Positions 9,140-20,028 of a stretch of DNA of 64,000 bases are shown here, in pieces. The first letter of the stretch is position 1; each line of letters opens with the position of its first letter. The stretch lies in contig JAHQJS010000003.1 of NCBI GenBank assembly GCA_019057385.1, positions 64,001 to 128,000 on the forward strand. Reading direction: 5' to 3'. Under the pieces are notes generated by a model. It was not told the origin of the DNA. It saw nothing but the letters and a program-made list of their open reading frames with translations, and made no database searches. Both the position numbers and the translations under genes were made by a program. This stretch comes from Candidatus Borrarchaeum weybense (GTDB lineage Archaea; Asgardarchaeota; Sifarchaeia; Borrarchaeales; Borrarchaeaceae).

Positions 9140-10735
9140 GTGTCCAGTACGTTAGAAGAAAGAGTTTGTAGAGGAATTATTGAGGATTTACTTACGACTT
9201 TATCTGAGGTAGATGCACAGCTTGTTCAAAAACTCAAAAAACGTCATGCAAAGAAATATCCTTCAGTAGGTATTGTCTCGAATGCGACTATTCTTTCCCA
9301 CACAACTCCAGAGGAAAAAATGCTTCTTCTTCCTATATTAAAGACAAAGAGTATGCGAACAATCTCAGGTGTTGCTGTTGTTGCAGTTATGGTGAAGCCT
9401 TATCCCTGCCCTAATCAGTCATGTATCTATTGTCCAACTTTTTCAGATATTCCAAAGAGTTATACTGGTCACGAACCTTCAACGATGCGAGGTATACAAA
9501 ACGATTACGACCCCTATTTGCAGGTAAAGACAAGACTTAATCAATTGGAACTAATTGGTCATGCCACAGATAAGATTCTCCTATCCTTGAAAGGCGGAAC
9601 GGTTACTTATTTACCCTATGAGTATCAACTAAGTTTCGTTCACAGATGTCTTGAAGCCCTATGTGATGAACGGTATTCTGATTTTGAAGAACTCAAAAGG
9701 GCTGTCGAAACAGCACAACGAAAACTTGTGGGAGTTATCGTTGAAACCCGTCCAGATTACTCTAAGATTTCTCAAACGGATGAAATGCTTCATTTAGGCG
9801 TCACTACTGTTGAATTGGGTGTACAAACTATTTTTGATGAAGTATTTGAAATATGCAAAAGAGGTCACACAGTTCAGGACGTTATTGACGCAACTCGTAT
9901 TTTAAAGGATGCAGGAATGAAAGTTGCATATCATATTATGCCAGGTCTTCCAGGATCTAATGAAGAAAGAGATCTAATAATGTTTCAAGAGGTCTTTGAA
10001 AATCCTTTTTATAAGCCGGATAATTTGAAGATTTACCCCTGTTTAGTTATTAAAGGCACAGAGTTGTACGAATTGTGGCAGAGCGGAAATTACAAACCCT
10101 ATAACGCCGAAACAATGACAAATCTATTATCGCATGTTTTACCGAACATTCCAAGATGGATTCGTATACAACGAATTCAAAGAGATATTTCTGCAAAGAT
10201 GATTGAAGATGGTGTTAAGAAAGGCAATCTTAGAGAGCTTGCTCATGAAGAACTAAGTAAGAGTGGAATAACATGCTCTTGTATTAGATGTCGCGAACAA
10301 GGTATCGTTTATCGGAAATCAGGAATCACTCCAAAAATAGAAAATCTTGAGACCCTCATAGAAACGTTCAATGCTTCAGAAGGAATCGAAAATTTTATAT
10401 CTTACGAGGACGCAGTACAAAAAATTCTGCTTGGATTTATACGATTACGTGTTCCTTCTGAGAAGGCACATCGGAAAGAAATCAATGACATGAGAACAAC
10501 TATCGTAAGAGAATTGCGTGTTTTTGGAGAACTAGTTCCCATTGGAGAGAAACCAAGGCATCATCAAGTGCAACATCGAAAAATTGGAGAATTACTATTA
10601 AATGAGGCTGAACTCCTCAGCAAAGATGAATATGATTCCAAAAAAATTTCCGTCCTTAGCGGTTTAGGTGTAAAGCCCTGGTTTTACAAGCAAGGATATA
10701 CGCGTGATGGAGTTTATGTAAGTAAAAGATTATGA
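9140..10735 (+). CDS. elp3: Elp3 tRNA uridine(34) carboxymethyltransferase (radical SAM + KAT)
   Basis: RTISGVAVVAVM, CPNQSCIYCP, ETRPD, RIQRDI, CIRCRE, QHRKIG. Confidence 0.95.
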   Translation: MSSTLEERVCRGIIEDLLTTLSEVDAQLVQKLKKRHAKKYPSVGIVSNATILSHTTPEEKMLLLPILKTKSMRTISGVAVVAVMVKPYPCPNQSCIYCPTFSDIPKSYTGHEPSTMRGIQNDYDPYLQVKTRLNQLELIGHATDKILLSLKGGTVTYLPYEYQLSFVHRCLEALCDERYSDFEELKRAVETAQRKLVGVIVETRPDYSKISQTDEMLHLGVTTVELGVQTIFDEVFEICKRGHTVQDVIDATRILKDAGMKVAYHIMPGLPGSNEERDLIMFQEVFENPFYKPDNLKIYPCLVIKGTELYELWQSGNYKPYNAETMTNLLSHVLPNIPRWIRIQRIQRDISAKMIEDGVKKGNLRELAHEELSKSGITCSCIRCREQGIVYRKSGITPKIENLETLIETFNASEGIENFISYEDAVQKILLGFIRLRVPSEKAHRKEINDMRTTIVRELRVFGELVPIGEKPRHHQVQHRKIGELLLNEAELLSKDEYDSKKISVLSGLGVKPWFYKQGYTRDGVYVSKRL

Positions 10736-12652
10736 TAAAAACTCCTGTAAAAGTTGTTTGAGCAATGAACTTACAGTTTTTCCATCGATTTTTCCACGTA
10801 CCTTTTTCATCACTTCTCCCATGAGAGGCTTAAGTGCATCCATTTTCCTTTCTTTAACTAAGTCTTCATTTTTTGCGATTATTTCTTTAATAATGTTTGT
10901 TACCTCATCCTTTGATAGAGTGGTGAGACCTATACTTCTCACAAGTTCATCTAGCGGTTTATCTGGATCTTTTGCCACTGATTCCAATACTTCTGGGAGC
11001 GCTTCTTTTGCGAATTTTTCTTGGGAGAGAAATTCAAATATTTCATAGAACTTATCTTCTGTTATATTTTCGAATGGAACACCTTCTCTTTGTAGGTATT
11101 TAGATGTGCCGATTATGGTACTCGCCACTAACGTAGGTTTTACTCCCAGCCCACTACTAGCAATTTTATCGAACCAAAAAACATTCGGATGAAGGACTAG
11201 CTCGTCAGCTAATTCTTCTGAAAGTCTATATTTTTCTATAAAACGCGTTTTCTTTTCTTCTGGAAGTTCAGGAAGGTGTTGTTTGATCTCTTCTACCATC
11301 TCTGAAGATATACGAAAGGGCACAGCATCAGTTTCAGGATACATCCTTGCCGATCCTGGAAGAGGTCTTAAAAAGGCAGTTGTTCCATCTGGATTTGGCC
11401 TTCGGACTTCCTTTGGAACGTGTGTGATATAGATTTTCGCTAAATTACATATGGTCCAAATCGCTTGCTCACATTTCCCTTTGGGACCTATTACAAGAAC
11501 GAAACCATCTTCAGTTCCACATTCTAAACTTTGTCTCACTTCGTTAACATCATCTTCAGAAATCCCATAATTAGGCAATTCATCTGAATGCAAAATACCC
11601 CCAAGTCCAGCATAGATTTTAACCGCATCCGCAAATTCTGTTCCCAATCTACGACCAGGTTGAAGTTCTCTGCCTAGTAAGCCTCCAAATTTCGAAAGTT
11701 TTACACCTAAGGCGTGTTCTCCTTTTTTCAGGGCTTTCTGCAGGAGTTTGGCTTTCGTTTCAGCAAAAATAGTTGAAACATCTTTGTGTTCTATAGTGAT
11801 GTCATCTTCTCGAACTACTCGCTTTTCCAGCACTTCTCGAATTTGTATCATGTTTTGTTGTCTTAATACCTCATTTTTCACGTATTCCCCGATAAGGTCC
11901 AATTCTTGTGCACCCTTAATTTCTACGCGAGCTCCATCCCTTATTGATACATTGACATCCTGTCGAATTGTTCCTAATCCTCTCTTTACCTTACCAGTGG
12001 CGCGCAAAATTGCACCAATTCGTTCAGCAACCGCTTTAGTTTGCTCAGGACTGTGAATGTCAGGATCGGTTCTGATCTCTATCAGCGGAATTCCAAGACG
12101 ATCAACTCGGAATGTAGTTCCTTCTTTTGTTTGTTCTATGATCCTTGCAGCATCTTCTTCCACGTAAAGTTGCGTAATGAACACTTTTCCTTGTGAGGTC
12201 ATAAGGTAGGAATCTTTTGTTCCAATCGCAATTTTTGCAGTCCTCTGAAAACCCATAGGCGTAGATCCATCAACGATTGTCTTTCTCATCACTTGAACTT
12301 CATCGATTGGTCTCATTTTGAAAATGAATGCAATTTCAAGAGCTATACGAACAGCTTCTTCATTTATGGGGGTGGGTGGTTCTTCGTCCAGTTCAATCAA
12401 GCATGTTGTATCTGAATACCCCTCGTAAATCACTCTTGCCTCTTTTTTTGCTTCAAATGCTGCCGCTAAATCAACTTCTCCGGTTTCTCCGGCAACAGCA
12501 CGTAACCGCCTCTTGACCTTTATGTCGGGTTCATCAGTTCGTACCAAAGAAGGACATCGACAAAATAGTTTAGTAGTATCTAGTTGTTGATGAAATTCTA
12601 GACCTACCATAAGTCCAAGTTCATCATAATTCAGTGCTTTTTCATCCACCAT
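10730..12652 (-). CDS. gatE: Glu-tRNA(Gln) amidotransferase subunit E
   Basis: GLEFHQQL, DGSTPMGFQRT, RGLGTIRQDVNVSI, LPGSARMYPETD. Confidence 0.96.
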   Translation of the reverse strand: MVDEKALNYDELGLMVGLEFHQQLDTTKLFCRCPSLVRTDEPDIKVKRRLRAVAGETGEVDLAAAFEAKKEARVIYEGYSDTTCLIELDEEPPTPINEEAVRIALEIAFIFKMRPIDEVQVMRKTIVDGSTPMGFQRTAKIAIGTKDSYLMTSQGKVFITQLYVEEDAARIIEQTKEGTTFRVDRLGIPLIEIRTDPDIHSPEQTKAVAERIGAILRATGKVKRGLGTIRQDVNVSIRDGARVEIKGAQELDLIGEYVKNEVLRQQNMIQIREVLEKRVVREDDITIEHKDVSTIFAETKAKLLQKALKKGEHALGVKLSKFGGLLGRELQPGRRLGTEFADAVKIYAGLGGILHSDELPNYGISEDDVNEVRQSLECGTEDGFVLVIGPKGKCEQAIWTICNLAKIYITHVPKEVRRPNPDGTTAFLRPLPGSARMYPETDAVPFRISSEMVEEIKQHLPELPEEKKTRFIEKYRLSEELADELVLHPNVFWFDKIASSGLGVKPTLVASTIIGTSKYLQREGVPFENITEDKFYEIFEFLSQEKFAKEALPEVLESVAKDPDKPLDELVRSIGLTTLSKDEVTNIIKEIIAKNEDLVKERKMDALKPLMGEVMKKVRGKIDGKTVSSLLKQLLQEFLS

Positions 12653-12661
12653 TTTAATCAC

Positions 12662-14032
12662 CTAATACAAAAAAGCTCTCTCATCCGTTCTTTTAGTGAT
12701 TTCACCTGCCATATTTGTCAACATAAGACGTTTTACTTCCTCTCGTTCTTGCGTATGCCCTAAAACCCATCCCAATTTTAAATAGGCGGTTTCTGGGAGC
12801 ATGTCTTCAAGATATAAGACTCCCGCATTGCTCATCAGTCGAAGATTTCGATAAACATAAGGATTGACTCGACCATAAAGGCATTGTGACGTCATTCCTA
12901 TAAAGAGATCCATTTCTAAGGCACTCTTCACATGAGGCAACCATGAACGATGTTTTTCGTTTTGTGGTGGAGAAGTAGGTGTATGTCCGAGCCCAGTGCC
13001 CTCAATAATGATACCTCTATAGCCTTTGTCAACTAAAAAGTCAATTATCTCTGGGTTCGAACCAGGGTATGCTTTAATAAGGGCAATTTTTTCCTCAAAC
13101 GCCGTATCTGCAACTACTTCAGTTTCACTTCGTTTCTTATATTCAGCATCTTCACGAAATTCCATCTTTCCGTCTGGCCAAATCTTTCCAATCGGCAATT
13201 CATTAATGGGGCGAAATGTGTCACGTCGACTTGTATGCATTTTTCGTACCTTTGTCCCTCTATTAATAAGGCAATATGAATCATCTGGCTCTCCGTGCAT
13301 ACATATAAATACCCCTGCCAGATCTGCGTGACCTGCTAACCATGATGCGCAAATTAAATTAATCGCACCATCGAAACTGCCACGATCAGATGAGCGTTGT
13401 GCTCCTGTAAGTATAACTGGCTTTGAAAGATCACGTAACATAAAGCTTAGCATCGCTGCAGAATATCCCATACAATCTGTCCCGTGAGTTATAACAACTC
13501 CTGAAGCACCTGAATTCAATTCTTTTGCGGCATCGTCAGCCATTTTTTTCCATTCATTGACCCATAAATCCTCGCTCGCAAGATTAAAAAGAAGATTACA
13601 TCCCTTAAAACGAACGATCTCCGAAAGTTCGGGTATAGCGAAGAAGAGTTCCTCGGGGGTGAACGCCATAACAACGCCACCTGTTAAATAATCGATCCTA
13701 CTAGCAATCGTGCCACCGGTTGCAAGTAATGAAATCTCTGGAAGATCAGCTTTTTGCTCAGGAAATGTTTTCTGAAAACTTTCAAGACTGATGCCTTTAT
13801 CTATTCGAACTAACTCGACACCCGGCTGGTACGCAATACTTACGTTATATCCATCATCCTGTTTTATTACAATGCTCGAAGGATCTCCAATCTCAATACG
13901 AGGCAAAATGTAGCCCTCATAACTCATATCCTCAGATGTAATTCGAATACGGTCACCAGGCTCTATTTCTTTCTCTTTAAGGATATTTCTAACCTCTTGT
14001 GAGTAGTGAGCAAAATAACTTTGTTCTTTCAT
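12662..14032 (-). CDS. gatD: Glu-tRNA(Gln) amidotransferase subunit D
   Basis: TGGTIASRIDY, HGTD, QRSSDRGSFD, KMHTSRRD; adjacent to gatE. Confidence 0.96.
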   Translation of the reverse strand: MKEQSYFAHYSQEVRNILKEKEIEPGDRIRITSEDMSYEGYILPRIEIGDPSSIVIKQDDGYNVSIAYQPGVELVRIDKGISLESFQKTFPEQKADLPEISLLATGGTIASRIDYLTGGVVMAFTPEELFFAIPELSEIVRFKGCNLLFNLASEDLWVNEWKKMADDAAKELNSGASGVVITHGTDCMGYSAAMLSFMLRDLSKPVILTGAQRSSDRGSFDGAINLICASWLAGHADLAGVFICMHGEPDDSYCLINRGTKVRKMHTSRRDTFRPINELPIGKIWPDGKMEFREDAEYKKRSETEVVADTAFEEKIALIKAYPGSNPEIIDFLVDKGYRGIIIEGTGLGHTPTSPPQNEKHRSWLPHVKSALEMDLFIGMTSQCLYGRVNPYVYRNLRLMSNAGVLYLEDMLPETAYLKLGWVLGHTQEREEVKRLMLTNMAGEITKRTDERAFLY

Positions 14033-14389
14033 TAATTGTGCCTCCTTTTTCGCATGATTTGCATGCAGACTGGCCTAGATTTGAGTTTATTTGAATTTAA
14101 GGTTAAATGTAAGATAAGATCGCTGTTCTATATTTTAAACCATGATTTTAATCTTCTTCAAACAACAGTTTTCCATTTAATACGCATAGAAATTTAAGTT
14201 AATTTATTAGTGTTAATGCAAGAAACACCTTAAAAATTGTTGAAGGCAACTTGCGCTTTACATTCGAAAAAAGGAGCGTCGCATTGTCATATCTTTAATT
14301 TCTGAATGTAAAGCTAAAAATTTATAAAGTCATTTCAACGTTCCCTTGTATTCAAAATTCTTTAGGCTTCTTAAAACGGAGTTAAAATA

Positions 14390-16210
14390 ATGTGTGGTAT
14401 TGTAGGTATTGTTCTCAATCAAGGTAACGTCGCACCTCTGTTACGAGAATCTCTTAAGCGACTTGAGTATCGAGGTTACGATTCTGTGGGTATGGCTACT
14501 ATTGCAAATGCTCATATGATTTTAAAGAAAGATAAAGGAAAAATAGATGTTGTAAATGAAAGACTTAATCTTGATGAACTACCTGGCAGTATTGGAATCG
14601 CACATACGCGATGGGCAACCCATGGAATTCCTACTAAGGAAAACGCTCATCCTCACACAGATTGCAAAGAGAAAATAGCTGTCAATCATAATGGCATCAT
14701 CGAAAACTTTGTAGAATTACGTAAAGAACTAACAGAGAGAGGTCATCACTTTAAGTCAGATACAGATACTGAGGTGGTGCCTCACCTCATCGAGGAGTTC
14801 ATGGAACAGGGTTTAAACTTAAAGGATGCCACAATTCAGGCTCTAAGACGTATAAAGGGATCTTATGGTTTAACTATTATTTCAGCAGCAGAGCCAAGAA
14901 AGATTATATGTGCAAGAAATGGAAGCCCACTTGTCTTGGGGATAGGAGACCAAGTGATATGTTGTGCATCTGATATTCCAGCGTTCTTACCCTTGACTAA
15001 TAAGGCAATAATACTTCATGATGAGGAACTGGCTGTTCTTACACCCAATGAATATCAAATTTTTTCTGTTCCTACTCAAAAAATGGTTTCCAAGGACATT
15101 ACTACCATAAAATGGACTCCAGAGATGGCATCAAAAGGTGGATATTCCTATTTTATGCTAAAGGAGATTCATGAACAACCAAAAGCCCTACGCGATACAT
15201 TAAGGCAACGACCTGAACGTCTGGAAAAAATTGCTGAAGTATTAGATGAGGCATCCAAGATCTTTATTACCGCAGCAGGTACCTCCTTTCACGCAGCACT
15301 CACTGCAAGATATCTTTTTTCACAACTGTGCAATGTATTTCCTACAGCTCTCTTGTCGTCAGAGTTTCCAGAGGCAATTGGCCCTTCGTTTCCATCAGAC
15401 GCCTATGTAATAGCTGTTAGCCAATCTGGTGAAACTGCTGATACAATAAGGACTATTAATTTCGCGAAAGAACGGGAAGCGACTATTATCTCAGTTGTCA
15501 ATACAGTCGATTCGTCGATCACACGCCTTTCTGATCACGTCATTTACACCCAAGCGGGGCCTGAGATCGGGGTAGCCGCCACAAAGACCTTTACAACCCA
15601 AGTCGCAACTTTATCCATGATTGCACTTAATTTAGCACTACGCAAAAAATGCAAAGATATTGAGACGATATCAAATCTACAAAATGCGCTTTATAAAATT
15701 CCTAATATTGTACAAACCGTTATTACAAAAGAGGAAGAACATGTAAAGCGCCTAGCAGAACAGTTTGCCCATATGCAAAATTTTCTCTTTTTGGGAAGAG
15801 GCATTAACACGACAACCGCTGCTGAAGGATCCTTAAAATTAAAGGAAATTTCCTATGTTCATGCTGAGGCGTACCCTGCGGGGGAAAGTAAGCATGGACC
15901 TATTGCGCTCATAACTCCCGGATTCCCGATAATGTTTATTGCCCCTCCAGACGAGACATATGATCATATAATCGGAAACATCATGGAGATGAAAGCGCGA
16001 GAAGGTACAATTATCGCATTTATTGACGAACAGGATCAAACAATTCGAGAACTTGCTGATCATTCTGTAAATATCCCAAGTGTACCTCCCCTTTTATCTC
16101 CAATACCGTACGTTGTGCCACTTCAATTATTTTCGTATTATGCAGCCGTAAAACTTGGTTACTCTCCAGATATGCCTCGTTCACTTAGCAAAAGTGTCAC
16201 AGTATTATAG
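14390..16210 (+). CDS. glmS: Glutamine-fructose-6-phosphate aminotransferase
   Basis: MCGIVG, LEYRGYDS, HTRWATHG, SQSGETADT, C-terminal PRSLSKSVTV. Confidence 0.97.
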   Translation: MCGIVGIVLNQGNVAPLLRESLKRLEYRGYDSVGMATIANAHMILKKDKGKIDVVNERLNLDELPGSIGIAHTRWATHGIPTKENAHPHTDCKEKIAVNHNGIIENFVELRKELTERGHHFKSDTDTEVVPHLIEEFMEQGLNLKDATIQALRRIKGSYGLTIISAAEPRKIICARNGSPLVLGIGDQVICCASDIPAFLPLTNKAIILHDEELAVLTPNEYQIFSVPTQKMVSKDITTIKWTPEMASKGGYSYFMLKEIHEQPKALRDTLRQRPERLEKIAEVLDEASKIFITAAGTSFHAALTARYLFSQLCNVFPTALLSSEFPEAIGPSFPSDAYVIAVSQSGETADTIRTINFAKEREATIISVVNTVDSSITRLSDHVIYTQAGPEIGVAATKTFTTQVATLSMIALNLALRKKCKDIETISNLQNALYKIPNIVQTVITKEEEHVKRLAEQFAHMQNFLFLGRGINTTTAAEGSLKLKEISYVHAEAYPAGESKHGPIALITPGFPIMFIAPPDETYDHIIGNIMEMKAREGTIIAFIDEQDQTIRELADHSVNIPSVPPLLSPIPYVVPLQLFSYYAAVKLGYSPDMPRSLSKSVTVL

Positions 16211-16369
16211 AGCAGGCAAAGTGCAAAAGAGTTTTCATTAATTTTGAATTTTCTTCTGAAACCCGAGGAGAAGACTTTATAGTAGAAGAAATAAGCATTT
16301 TGTGATTAATTATTTAATGAAATTATATTTTTAGAATGCTGGGAGGGAAATGGGCAAATTGTTTTAGAA

Positions 16370-16894
16370 ATGAAATTAAAAGAAATTAGAATACGCGTCG
16401 ATAAGTTTTCGGACGATGATGTTGAAAAATTCGTTGAAACATATCCTCTTCTTAAAAAATATTATTCAAAATTAAACGCAATAAACGGTGATTGCAAAAA
16501 GTGTGGATGTTGCTGAGTTGGGGGGATTTCACTATCAGAGGTGGAACTAAACGCAATTCGAATGTTTATACCTGAGATTGATGACTTTATGGAAACAACT
16601 ACACGTAAAGACCTAATTACTGGTGAGATTATCAAGTATCCCGTATCAATGCGTACAAAATATGGCTACTGTATTTTTAATGCAGATGACGGAGCATGTA
16701 TTATTCACAAGATTCGACCAATCCTTTGTCGGGTGTTTCCTTTTTTTCCGAAGGAACAAGGCACTTGTGTGAAAGATGTAACCTTCACTGGCCTAAGTAT
16801 AGATGAAGGAAAAGAAATTTGGATGAATCACTTTTTGGAAATCAAAAAATCAACAAACAAGACCGTAAGTCCAAGTTTATGTTCAAAACCCTGA
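16370..16894 (+). CDS. YkgJ/UPF0153 (CxxCxxCC) Zn/Fe-chelating protein with in-frame TGA (probable selenocysteine) at 16514-16516
   Basis: ATG 16370 reads MKLKEIRIR...DCKKCGCC*VGGISL in frame with ORF 16541..16894, which carries C.F...GAC.IH..RP..CR.FPF. Confidence 0.7.
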
Positions 16895-16944
16895 ATCTTC
16901 ATAGTATCTTATGAACACATATAGTAACTACGGTACTCTTTCGA

Positions 16945-17370
16945 CTAACTTAACAAATTAAGTTGTCTTAGCAAATTAATTGCCGTTTTAGTTACATCCA
17001 GAGAAAAGAGATCTTTAAGAAGAACCCATCTGACATCTTCTGCGTCTGATCTTGGAGAAATCTCACCACTTTCTCTCGTGGCAAAAAAGTCGATAATGAC
17101 ATAATGATATTGCACTTTCCTGTTGTCATCTTTAATTACTACATCAATGACTCCTGCAAGATCGCCGATTTTTACCGAAAGACCAGTTTCTTCTTTAACT
17201 TCCCGTTTTGCAGCCTCTCTAACTGCTTCTCCAACGTTTACTAAACCTCCAGGAAAGGACCATTTTCCTCTACCTGGTTCGTTTCCCCTTTTGACCATTA
17301 ATACTTTTTCACCATCTAGGACTATTGCACCAACGCCTACAAGAGGTCTTGTTGGATAATTTCTTTTAAT
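16945..17370 (-). CDS. NUDIX hydrolase (ADP-ribose pyrophosphatase-like); probable ATT start
   Basis: Nudix box GGLVNVGEAVREAAKREVKEETGL; in-frame upstream extension IKRNYPTRPLVGVGAIV. Confidence 0.88.
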   Translation of the reverse strand: MKRNYPTRPLVGVGAIVLDGEKVLMVKRGNEPGRGKWSFPGGLVNVGEAVREAAKREVKEETGLSVKIGDLAGVIDVVIKDDNRKVQYHYVIIDFFATRESGEISPRSDAEDVRWVLLKDLFSLDVTKTAINLLRQLNLLS

Positions 17371-17620
17371 GTATATCCTCTCCAGTAAATACGACTTTTT
17401 AGTTCTCTATGAATCGTTCTATCCCATTAAAAGCTTTTGATTGTATCTCAGTTTATCATTTTTTTGGATGAGGTGTTTTTGTGCTGTGAATATATAATTT
17501 ACCTGAATTTCAACACCATTGAAAAGAAATAAATAGCGATGCTTAATTGATTCATACGATTCATGTTTAGGATTTACAGGATTAGAGTACAAATGCACTC
17601 ATAATTGGAGATTAAAACAA

Positions 17621-18451
17621 ATGCACTCTTTAGAAATAAACCCTGAAATTACTGTAAGTAGGATCAGTAAATTTATAGTTAAGCGCATTGATGATGCGAA
17701 AGCTAATGGAGTAATTATTGGTTTAAGTGGTGGAATAGATTCATCTGTAACTGCCGCTTTATGTGTGCGTGCTTTAGGTCACGAAAAAACCTTTGGGCTG
17801 TTAATGCCAACACAGACAACTCAACAACAAGACATTGATGACGCAATTAAAAGTGCCACTTTACTTGGTGTGAAATATGCAATTGAGGACATATCGCCAT
17901 CCTTAAACGCTTTCAAACAATTCCAAGTATTCGATCCAGAAAGAAAAATTGTAAACGGTAACCTTGCAACTAGGTTTAGGATGGGTCTCTTATATTATTA
18001 TGCTAATCTACATAATTGGCTAGTAATTGGCACGGGTAATAAAAGTGAACTTTTAGTAGGATATTTTACCAAATTTGGTGACGGAGGCTGTGATATCTTA
18101 CCCTTAGGCGATCTATTTAAGTGTCAAGTCAGACAACTAGCTGAATATCTCGACATTCCCCCAGAAATAATCAAGAAGGCGCCTTCAGCAGGACTTTGGC
18201 CCGGACAAACAGATGAATCAGAATTGGGAATATCATATAATGACTTAGATATTATCTTAAGTAGTCTTGAGCAATTAATGACACCAGATGAGATTTCTAA
18301 AGAATTCAATATTCCATTAGAAATAATAAAAAAAGTAGAAATCATGCTTCGTAAGAGTCAACACAAAAGAATAGGACCAATGGTATTCAAAATGGGATCT
18401 CGAACACCTGGCTTCGATTGGAGACTCTCTATTATATCTGGAGAAACGTAA
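17621..18451 (+). CDS. nadE: NH3-dependent NAD+ synthetase
   Basis: GLSGGIDS, GTGNKSE, GYFTKFGDG, PSAGLWPGQTDE. Confidence 0.96.
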   Translation: MHSLEINPEITVSRISKFIVKRIDDAKANGVIIGLSGGIDSSVTAALCVRALGHEKTFGLLMPTQTTQQQDIDDAIKSATLLGVKYAIEDISPSLNAFKQFQVFDPERKIVNGNLATRFRMGLLYYYANLHNWLVIGTGNKSELLVGYFTKFGDGGCDILPLGDLFKCQVRQLAEYLDIPPEIIKKAPSAGLWPGQTDESELGISYNDLDIILSSLEQLMTPDEISKEFNIPLEIIKKVEIMLRKSQHKRIGPMVFKMGSRTPGFDWRLSIISGET

Positions 18452-18520
18452 ACAAAATCACAAATTTCTCTTTAGAAACTTTCAAGAATAGAACTAATAA
18501 TATATTTAAGAGGGTTAAAA

Positions 18521-20026
18521 TTGACTTCTTCCGCAACTAGAAAAACAGAGTTTTCTGAACCAATTTCAGATGTGAAAATAGGCTTGGAAATACATGTACA
18601 ACTTACAGCTTTGACAACAAAATTATTTTGTGGATGTCCTACTGATTATCGTGGTATGCCTCCAAACTCAGTTTGTTGTCCAATTTGCCTTGGCCTACCT
18701 GGAACATTACCTGTAACTAATAAACGTGCTATAGAATTAGCAATGATGGTTTCGCTTGCACTTAATTCGAATATATCAAGAAATAGTTCGTTTTACCGTA
18801 AAAACTATTTTTATATTGATTTGCCAAAAGATTTTCAAATTTCACAGTACGACAAAGCAGGTGGCGTCCCAATAGCGATTGGAGGCCACGTTGATTTTGA
18901 AATGAATCATCAAAAAAAAGTAATAAGAATTCGTCGTCTCCAACTTGAGGAAGACCCAGGCCGTTTAAAGCATATTGGTATGATTGATAAATCTCCTTAT
19001 ACTTTGGTTGATTACAACAGATCGGGAATAACTCTTCTAGAAATAGTGACTGAACCTGATTTTTCCACACCTGAAGAAGCGCGCATCTTTCTTCGAAAAC
19101 TACGTTCAATACTTGAGCACTTAGGTGTAACTGATGTAAATTTACAGGGCTCTCTTCGATGCGATGCAAATATTTCTGTAGGAGACGGAAGACGTGTTGA
19201 AATAAAGAACATTAGTTCGTTTAAAGAAGTTAAACGTGCTTTAAACTATGAAATTATTAGACAAAAACAAGCTCTTCGACGCGGGGAGTTTATAGCACAA
19301 GAAACTCGACATTGGGACGAAGATCGCAGAATAACTTTTACTCTTCGAACGAAGGAGGAAGAACATGACTATAGATACTTCAGGGAACCTGATCTACCGA
19401 TTATTGAAATTTCAGATGAATGGATTAAAAAAATCAAAACAACCATGCCTGAGCTACCAGATGCTCGAAAAGAAAGATTTCGGAGAGATTATCAAATCCC
19501 TGTTTACGATGCAGAAGTATTGACAAGTGAGAAATATTTAGCAGATTTCTTTGAAACATGCATAACTTATGACGTGGGTGCAAAAAAAGTCAGTAATTGG
19601 CTTATGAGTGATTTTTTACGTTTTGTAAACGAACTTGATCTTGAATTTACTGAGATTCTCCTTACACCAGAAGATTTAGCAAATATGATCCGTTTAATTG
19701 ATCAAGAGCTGATTAGTGGAAAAATTGGTAAGACAGTTCTGCGGGAAATGCTTGCTACAGGAAAGACCCCGCAGACCATAATAGAAGAACTTGGTCTTAA
19801 GAAAATTGATAACACTTCTATCATTTCTGATAAAGTAAAAGAAGTCTTTGAAGAATACCCAGATGCCGTTCGCGATGCCATGACTAACAAGAATGCTATT
19901 CGTTATCTTGTAGGACAGGTAATGGCGAAAACCAGAGGAAGGGCAGATCCTGTTTTAACAAATGAAATCATTGAATTAAAATTGGAAGAATTGAAGTCCA
20001 AGAATACACAATTCGATGAAAATTGA
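18521..20026 (+). CDS. gatB: Asp/Glu-tRNA amidotransferase subunit B
   Basis: IGLEIHVQL, CPICLGLPGTLP, RKNYFY.DLPK..QISQ, DYNRSG, DYRYF.EPDLP. Confidence 0.96.
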   Translation: MTSSATRKTEFSEPISDVKIGLEIHVQLTALTTKLFCGCPTDYRGMPPNSVCCPICLGLPGTLPVTNKRAIELAMMVSLALNSNISRNSSFYRKNYFYIDLPKDFQISQYDKAGGVPIAIGGHVDFEMNHQKKVIRIRRLQLEEDPGRLKHIGMIDKSPYTLVDYNRSGITLLEIVTEPDFSTPEEARIFLRKLRSILEHLGVTDVNLQGSLRCDANISVGDGRRVEIKNISSFKEVKRALNYEIIRQKQALRRGEFIAQETRHWDEDRRITFTLRTKEEEHDYRYFREPDLPIIEISDEWIKKIKTTMPELPDARKERFRRDYQIPVYDAEVLTSEKYLADFFETCITYDVGAKKVSNWLMSDFLRFVNELDLEFTEILLTPEDLANMIRLIDQELISGKIGKTVLREMLATGKTPQTIIEELGLKKIDNTSIISDKVKEVFEEYPDAVRDAMTNKNAIRYLVGQVMAKTRGRADPVLTNEIIELKLEELKSKNTQFDEN

Positions 20027-20028
20027 AT

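Noticed and set aside
14159-14170. 12-nt match (CAAACAACAGTT) to the variable segment of RNA copy 3
   Set aside because: Too short and AT-rich to distinguish from chance.
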